A stretch of 64,000 bases of DNA, from contig CP154954.1 of assembly GCA_039621445.1 (NCBI GenBank), positions 1,736,001-1,800,000 on the forward strand, given 5' to 3'. Origin of the DNA: Euglena gracilis (Eukaryota). A model generated the notes under the pieces. That model was not told the DNA's origin and did not search any database. It worked only from the letters and a program-made list of their open reading frames with translations. The position numbers and the translations under genes were made by a program. This document shows positions 52,090 through 64,000 of this stretch, in pieces (position 1 is the first letter of the stretch; every line of letters begins with the position of its first letter).

Positions 52090-53930
52090 ATTTATTAAAT
52101 ACGAACAAAAATAACATTGATAATAATATGAGACGTATTTCATCAAAAAAAGTTTTTTTAACCTATTCTTATTGTTCCGCAGATCTTTCAGAAATTTTAA
52201 ATTTTTTTAAAAATAAATTTGAAGTAAAATATGGACTAGTTGATTATGCGTTGGTAAGATAGTTTCATAAAACCGGATACCCTCATGTACACTCATATTT
52301 CGTTTTTATTAAAAAAATAGACACTAAGGCAGCAAATTTTTTTGATATATATGTTGATTCTAAAACTTATAGTGCATATGTTCAAACAGTTAATAACGAG
52401 AAAGATTTGTTGGACTATTTAACAAAACAAATATTTAACTTTGTAGATGCTTCAAAAAATTTCATGGCTTCTCCATCAATTTTGAAAAAGTATGGTAAAT
52501 ATTTTGAATATTGTCCATTAGAAGAAAGGATGATTGAATTAGCAAAAAAAGGAGAGATAGCGGATGCTATGTTGTTGTTTGAAAAAGAAAAACCTTCTGA
52601 ATTTGTATATAAAGGTGATGCTATTGAAAAACGACTTAGAAACATATATTTAAGCACAAGGTTAGGAGTTAAAGCAAAAATTAATTTTAATGACTATGTG
52701 ATACCTCGAGATTTAAGGTGGATGTTAGACATTTATGAATCTTATCTGAATATGGGTGAAAATAAAGTATTTTTAATTTTAGGCGGTGAGCTTAGGTATT
52801 TAATAGATTTTTTTGAATCTTATTTGCAATTCATCAGCTTTTATCTTCTAGTAGTAAAGGCAGCTAAGAATCTACTGTGATTTAGATATAATTGTAATTA
52901 CTATGCGATAATTTTTTCATACTCTAGCATTTTAGAGTATCAAAATGTAGATGAGCTAAAAAATTTATTTAACTCTTTACAAACAAGGTTAAAAGCTCAT
53001 AATAGAATAAATAGTTTTAAAGTACTTTTATTTCCTTTTTTATATAAAGCTATAATGTAGTCAAAAAGCTGTAAAGTTGTGGAACAATTTCTAAAAGAAA
53101 AAGGAATTGAAATGCAAGGCATACTACCTTAGCAATTAAATGCCGATGATAAATATTCCCCCACATCATATTCAGAAATGGAAAAATCAAGAATACAGAG
53201 AACTTGAAAGTAAAAACTAAAGTTATATTCAAGAATTCTTAAAAAAGCTATATAGAATGATGAAAATGAAGGAAATGATAATCACAAATACTCTACGTTT
53301 TTATTATATGTTATATATTTATCGTAGGGAATAACTAATTTGTTAAAATATGTTAGATTTATTCTGGGCGGTTAGTGGTAACATAATTTGAAAGCCCTCT
53401 GACATCAAAGTTCGAATTATTCAAGCACTGAGGTTTTTTTAATAAGATTTTGCAATTTTAAAGGAGAGTAGTAATAAGGAAGCTTAGAGAAGATTAATAA
53501 TGATTTAGAAATACTTGTCATTACCGATGCGATAATTTTTCAGACTACTAGCATTTAGAGTATCAATGTAGATGAGCTAAAAAATTTATTTAACTCTTTA
53601 GAAACAACGTTAAAAGTTCATAATCGAAAAAATAGTGTTAAAGTACTTTTATCTCCTGCTTTACCAAAAGCTATAATGTCGTCAAAACCTTATAAAGTTT
53701 TGGAACAATTTTTTAAAGAAAAAGGAATTGAAATGGAAGGCATACTACCTTATCAATTAAATGCCGATGATAAATTACTTCCCCCACATTTTCATAATTC
53801 AGAAATGGAAAAATCAAAGGAATACAGAGAACTTGAAAGTAAAACTAAAGTTTATATTCAAGAATTCTTAAAAAAAGCTAATATGAATGATGAAAATGAA
53901 GGAAATGATAATCAAAAAAATACTAATTAA
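52086..53930 (+). pseudogene. geminivirus/CRESS-type rolling-circle replication initiator (HUH endonuclease plus degenerate SF3 helicase); in-frame TAG at 52260, 3' half disrupted by a tandem duplication
   Basis: Manual translation from 52086: ...RRISSKKVFLTYSYC...ALVR*FHKTGYPHVHSYF...KIDTKAANFFDI...DLLDYLTK; GGGAGG Shine-Dalgarno upstream. Confidence 0.8.
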
Positions 53931-54110
53931 TACGTTTTTATTATATGTTATTATTTTATTAGTAATAAAAATATTACTAATTTGTTATTTGTTATAAATA
54001 TGTTATATTTATTCTAGGGCGGAAAATTAGTGGTAACATTAATTTGTTAAAAAATGCCTCTTGACATCAAAAGTTCGAATTAATTTTGAAAAGCATGAGG
54101 CATTTTTTTA
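52800..54110 (+). repeat. imperfect ~0.65 kb tandem duplication (approx. 52800-53440 and 53441-54110)
   Basis: Shared strings GATGAGCTAAAAAATTTATTTAACTCTTTA (52950, 53572) and TGATGAAAATGAAGGAAATGATAATCA (53258, 53888). Confidence 0.85.
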
Positions 54111-54114
54111 ACAA
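54044..54114 (+). terminator. long stem-loop downstream of the Rep-like gene (terminator or origin element)
   Basis: Arms TTGTTAAAAAATGCCTC / GAGGCATTTTTTTAACAA with inner TCAAAA/TTTTGA stem, ending in a T-run. Confidence 0.55.
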
Positions 54115-54537
54115 TTATTTTAAGTTTAATAAAACTTAAAATTTTTTTTTAATAAATTTTTTTTTTTCTGTCCGCCCGGAGAATAAAAAAATTTAGAAAA
54201 TTATTGCTCTATTATTTTTGGGAGAATAAAATGAACAATTCAAAAACAAAACTTCAAAAAAAAAAATAAAGTTCGCTGAGAATAAAATACCAGCGGACAC
54301 GTTTTTGTTATTTTTTGTTATAAAGTTGTGATTAAAATCATTATAAATATTATTACTAGTATAATTATTATCAAATTAATTTTTATTTTATTGCTAACTT
54401 GTTATTAAATTGTTATTAAATAGCTAATTTGTTGTATGAGCATTAAGCGTTAAATTAATTGGGTAGGTCAACAATAAACTATTGTTGAAAGAATATAGTT
54501 ATAGTTAATTGGACAAATTTTTTATGGGAGAATAATT

Positions 54538-55719
54538 ATGGTTCAAAAATTAAGAAAAAAATACAAATTCAAAATTAACACCACAAGTTCGAGATATTAT
54601 GGTAGTTATAATATAACACGTAATTGGAGAATTTTAATAAGGACAAATTTTCAATCTTTAATAGAAATGGATTATTCTTTTATTAAAAAATGGCATGCAA
54701 TAATAAACGACGATAAAATTTCTTTTATTATGTATACCATATGCAAATACGTGGATTTTCAGAAAGAAACCGATATTTTTATTAAAGCTTACCTCGAACT
54801 AAAGAAAAATTGTCGGCCAAAATATTTAGAAGACTTGTTTAGTTTTGATAAAAATACAAATATAAGTATCGAAAAAGCTAAAGGGGATAGTCCTGGCAAT
54901 GTTGGTGGTTTTATTATTAATTGCCGAGACCCCGAAGAGGAACTTTTTTGGAATAGAATACCGCGCTATGAATCTAAAAATAATAACTGTTTAAGTTTTA
55001 AATTTATTACTCAATATAATTTAATTGAGAAAGCAAGGGGAAATTATTTTCTACCTAAAATTTTCCTTGAAGTTTTAAAAAAAGGTCCGGAAGAGATTGA
55101 TAAAGAAAAAAGAAAAACTGTTTTAGCAAAAAAAATCGATAATGACGAAGAAATAGAAAAAATAGAAATAAAAAAAGAAAAACAATTTGAAATTAAGAGC
55201 TTTTTCGAGGATTCAGAATTTTTAGCAATAACCGAAAAATATACAAAAAAGTGTGAGGATTTAATAAATATTAACAATAAAGGGAAAAAAATAAGAGATT
55301 TATTTTGCAATTATATTTTAGAATTATTAATTCTAGAAATAAATATTTTAAATTCTCAAAGTAAACCAAAATATTCGGATGTTTTTATTTGTACTTATAA
55401 AAAAAAAAAGAACAATAATGAAATAGAGTGGTATTTTAATTGGATGTCTATTGATAGAATCCTTAAACAATTTTTATATAAATCAATTAAACCGTGGCAA
55501 AATAAAAATATTGACGATATTAATCAAGGAGAAATTTATAATATAATTACTAATAAATCACTTACAGATAATACAATAAATTCTGTTAAACGTTCTTTTC
55601 AAAATAGATTGAATGAAAATGTTAACTTAACGAACGTAAGAAAATCATACAAAAAAATAAAATTTGTTTCGTTTAGTTTAACTAAGTTTTATAGCAATGA
55701 AAATAACGTTTTTTTGTAA
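54538..55719 (+). CDS. hypothetical protein, 393 aa, intron-less
   Basis: Long open frame in very AT-rich DNA; GGGAG Shine-Dalgarno 7 nt upstream of the ATG; no motif recognised. Confidence 0.75.
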   Translation: MVQKLRKKYKFKINTTSSRYYGSYNITRNWRILIRTNFQSLIEMDYSFIKKWHAIINDDKISFIMYTICKYVDFQKETDIFIKAYLELKKNCRPKYLEDLFSFDKNTNISIEKAKGDSPGNVGGFIINCRDPEEELFWNRIPRYESKNNNCLSFKFITQYNLIEKARGNYFLPKIFLEVLKKGPEEIDKEKRKTVLAKKIDNDEEIEKIEIKKEKQFEIKSFFEDSEFLAITEKYTKKCEDLININNKGKKIRDLFCNYILELLILEINILNSQSKPKYSDVFICTYKKKKNNNEIEWYFNWMSIDRILKQFLYKSIKPWQNKNIDDINQGEIYNIITNKSLTDNTINSVKRSFQNRLNENVNLTNVRKSYKKIKFVSFSLTKFYSNENNVFL

Positions 55720-55814
55720 AATTAAAAATTGAGATTTTCGTATGTGATAGTTTTAATACTAGCCTTATAAGAGATTTTCTTAATTTAATTACAAGTGAAG
55801 ATATTCTATGGATA

Positions 55815-56267
55815 ATGTATTCGGTAGAACCTGTAATATTAATACATACTGATTCCAAAGATAAAATTCTTCAAGAGACATATCTAAAATTAGAATGTAA
55901 AGCAGTAAAATCACAGCTATATTTAAATATATATGTGATATTTGATGAAAAAAGAGTATGGACTAAAAATTTAGTTGAAAGCTTTTTTTCTACTATTAAA
56001 AATGGTAAAATTTTAAATATATCAAACGTACCAAAACTAGGAGGTCTTTGTTTTTGTTATGTTCTTAATAACCTTTTGCTAAAAGCAAATAAAAAAAATC
56101 AATTAGCTGAAATTAAAATATATCAGCATACAAAATATGAAATTCCTTCCAAATATAAAATCAAATTTATCAACGAATCGCCATTATTTTTAAGAGAATA
56201 TACTGGGTCTTTGAACTTCTTATATATTTTACTTAGTATGTTACTAGATAATATAACTAATAAATAA
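55815..56267 (+). CDS. hypothetical protein, 150 aa
   Basis: Open frame co-oriented with the 393-aa ORF; no motif recognised. Confidence 0.55.
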   Translation: MYSVEPVILIHTDSKDKILQETYLKLECKAVKSQLYLNIYVIFDEKRVWTKNLVESFFSTIKNGKILNISNVPKLGGLCFCYVLNNLLLKANKKNQLAEIKIYQHTKYEIPSKYKIKFINESPLFLREYTGSLNFLYILLSMLLDNITNK

Positions 56268-56748
56268 TTAAGTTATTATATTATTCCATTAAAATTTTTT
56301 AAAGTCCACCAAGAATAAAATTCTAGTGGACACGTTTGTTATTAAATTGTTATTATTAGTATAATTATTATAAAATTATTTAATTAAAAATATAAATAAT
56401 TTAGTTAGCTAGTTGTTATTAAAATGTTATTAACTTTTTTAAAGTTCACCGAGAATAAAATCCTAGTGGACACGTTTTTGTTATTTTTATTGGTTTTAGT
56501 TTAAGGTCAGCAGGAACAACTTTTATAACCTTTTATTATGGTATCGTACTTTAATAAATCTAAATTTAAGGAATTCTGCAACATATTCTAAAGATAAAGG
56601 GCATTTTGGAGATGTAAGAAATACTTTCCTAGCTGACAGTCGGTATTTAGCGTTTTTACCAACGTTTTTTTCAAATTTATTAAAGGAACTTTTCTTTGAT
56701 TTTACTTTTTTCTAACGTAATTTTTTGATTAGTTTTATTTGGAGTTAT

Positions 56749-56798
56749 AACCTATTATTAATCTATTAACCTATTATTAATCTATTAACTTATTATTA
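56749..56798 (+). repeat. 19-bp tandem repeat (AACCTATTATTAATCTATT x2.6) followed by a TAT microsatellite
   Basis: Read directly from the sequence. Confidence 0.8.
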
Positions 56799-57134
56799 TA
56801 TTATTATTATTATTAGGGGGCAATTTACTTAGCAAATTCTCGGTCGTTACTGACAAAACGGGGTATGGTTTTGTAAACATTAACCACGCAATAACACAAT
56901 CACAATATTGCACTAATAACTTAAAAAAGTCACTCACATGATATTATTACTAAATAAATGTAATCTGCCTCAGGCAAACGGTTTTGAACTATGTGTATGA
57001 AAAGTAATGAGAATTCTTTACAATTAAAGGGATGTAACATGTAAATCGTTAAATACGACTGCATACAACTCCTATTTAAGATACTATGTACGGGAAATAA
57101 GCAAAAAATAATACATTATTCAAGGAAAACTACT

Positions 57135-57344
57135 ATGGTACGTAAAAAAGATATATTAAATGAAAGGTTAAAAAATTACACAATAGAAACAGACGTGTCC
57201 CGTAAGGTGAGGCAAAAAGTTGCGTTCCGTTTAGCGGCTAAAAACATATTTTTGATGTATAATAAAGTTTCATCTTCATTTACTGTGGAGGATATTAGTT
57301 ATTCTTTACTTGAGAAGCTGAAGCCATATGGTGTATTATCGTAG
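57135..57344 (+). CDS. hypothetical small protein, 69 aa
   Basis: ATG start with AAGGA 8 nt upstream; basic N-terminus; no recognised homology. Confidence 0.35.
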   Translation: MVRKKDILNERLKNYTIETDVSRKVRQKVAFRLAAKNIFLMYNKVSSSFTVEDISYSLLEKLKPYGVLS

Positions 57345-57536
57345 ATACGTATATTGACTGTGAAACTAACGTAACTGACTTATCTAGAGTAAAAGAAACT
57401 AAACGTGAGTATTATATTTTTAGACCTCAAATAGACAAAAATTAGTAGCAAAACTTATTAATAATAATAATGTAAATTATCTATAAATAACTGTAAAGTG
57501 ATTTTTCGAATATAATTTTTATTTTATTATTAAAAT

Positions 57537-64000
<6,464 letters not shown>

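Larger units (their letters stand above)
54269..56485 (+). repeat. three ~45-bp direct repeats with internal dyad symmetry (54269-54312, 56301-56343, 56441-56485)
   Basis: Consensus AAGTYCRCYRAGAATAAAATNCYAGYGGACACGTTT(TT)GTTATT. Confidence 0.85.

Noticed and set aside
52415-55310. Minus-strand ORFs 52415-52657, 53050-53232 and 55044-55310
   Set aside because: Antisense to the Rep-like and 393-aa genes with no independent coding evidence.
54269-56485. CRISPR array interpretation of the palindromic repeats
   Set aside because: Only three units with spacings of ~2 kb and ~140 bp, and no cas-like genes.

Overview
This window is AT-rich euglenoid plastid DNA. The intron-riddled psbB, rpoB/C1/C2, petB, atpB/E and rbcL genes, the ~100-nt group III introns and the trnY-H-M-W-E-G cluster point to the Euglena gracilis chloroplast genome or a very close relative. 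The contig is not a faithful genome. It has two ~5-10 kb-arm fold-back palindromes (centres ~4810 and ~41045), a microhomology chimera joining a 23S rRNA fragment to the atpE-downstream region (~30560), a ~6 kb poly-C tract inside rpoC1 and a ~2.7 kb C-depleted TTG-rich tract inside rbcL intron 1, all most likely amplification, long-read or assembly artefacts. The most interesting biology is the ~6 kb atpE-rbcL spacer (51.3-57.4 kb). Translating through one stop codon reveals a geminivirus/CRESS-type rolling-circle Rep that the ORF track misses: motif I FLTY, motif II HVH, a GRS-like NFFD, motif III YLTK, an oligomerisation helix and a degenerate SF3 helicase. It is preceded by an overlapping, catalytically degenerate Rep paralog. 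It is followed by nested inverted repeats, three hairpin-forming direct repeats and two intron-less orphan ORFs. Together these look like a fossil rolling-circle plasmid or ssDNA-virus-like element integrated in the plastome. All assignments are from manual reading; no searches were run.
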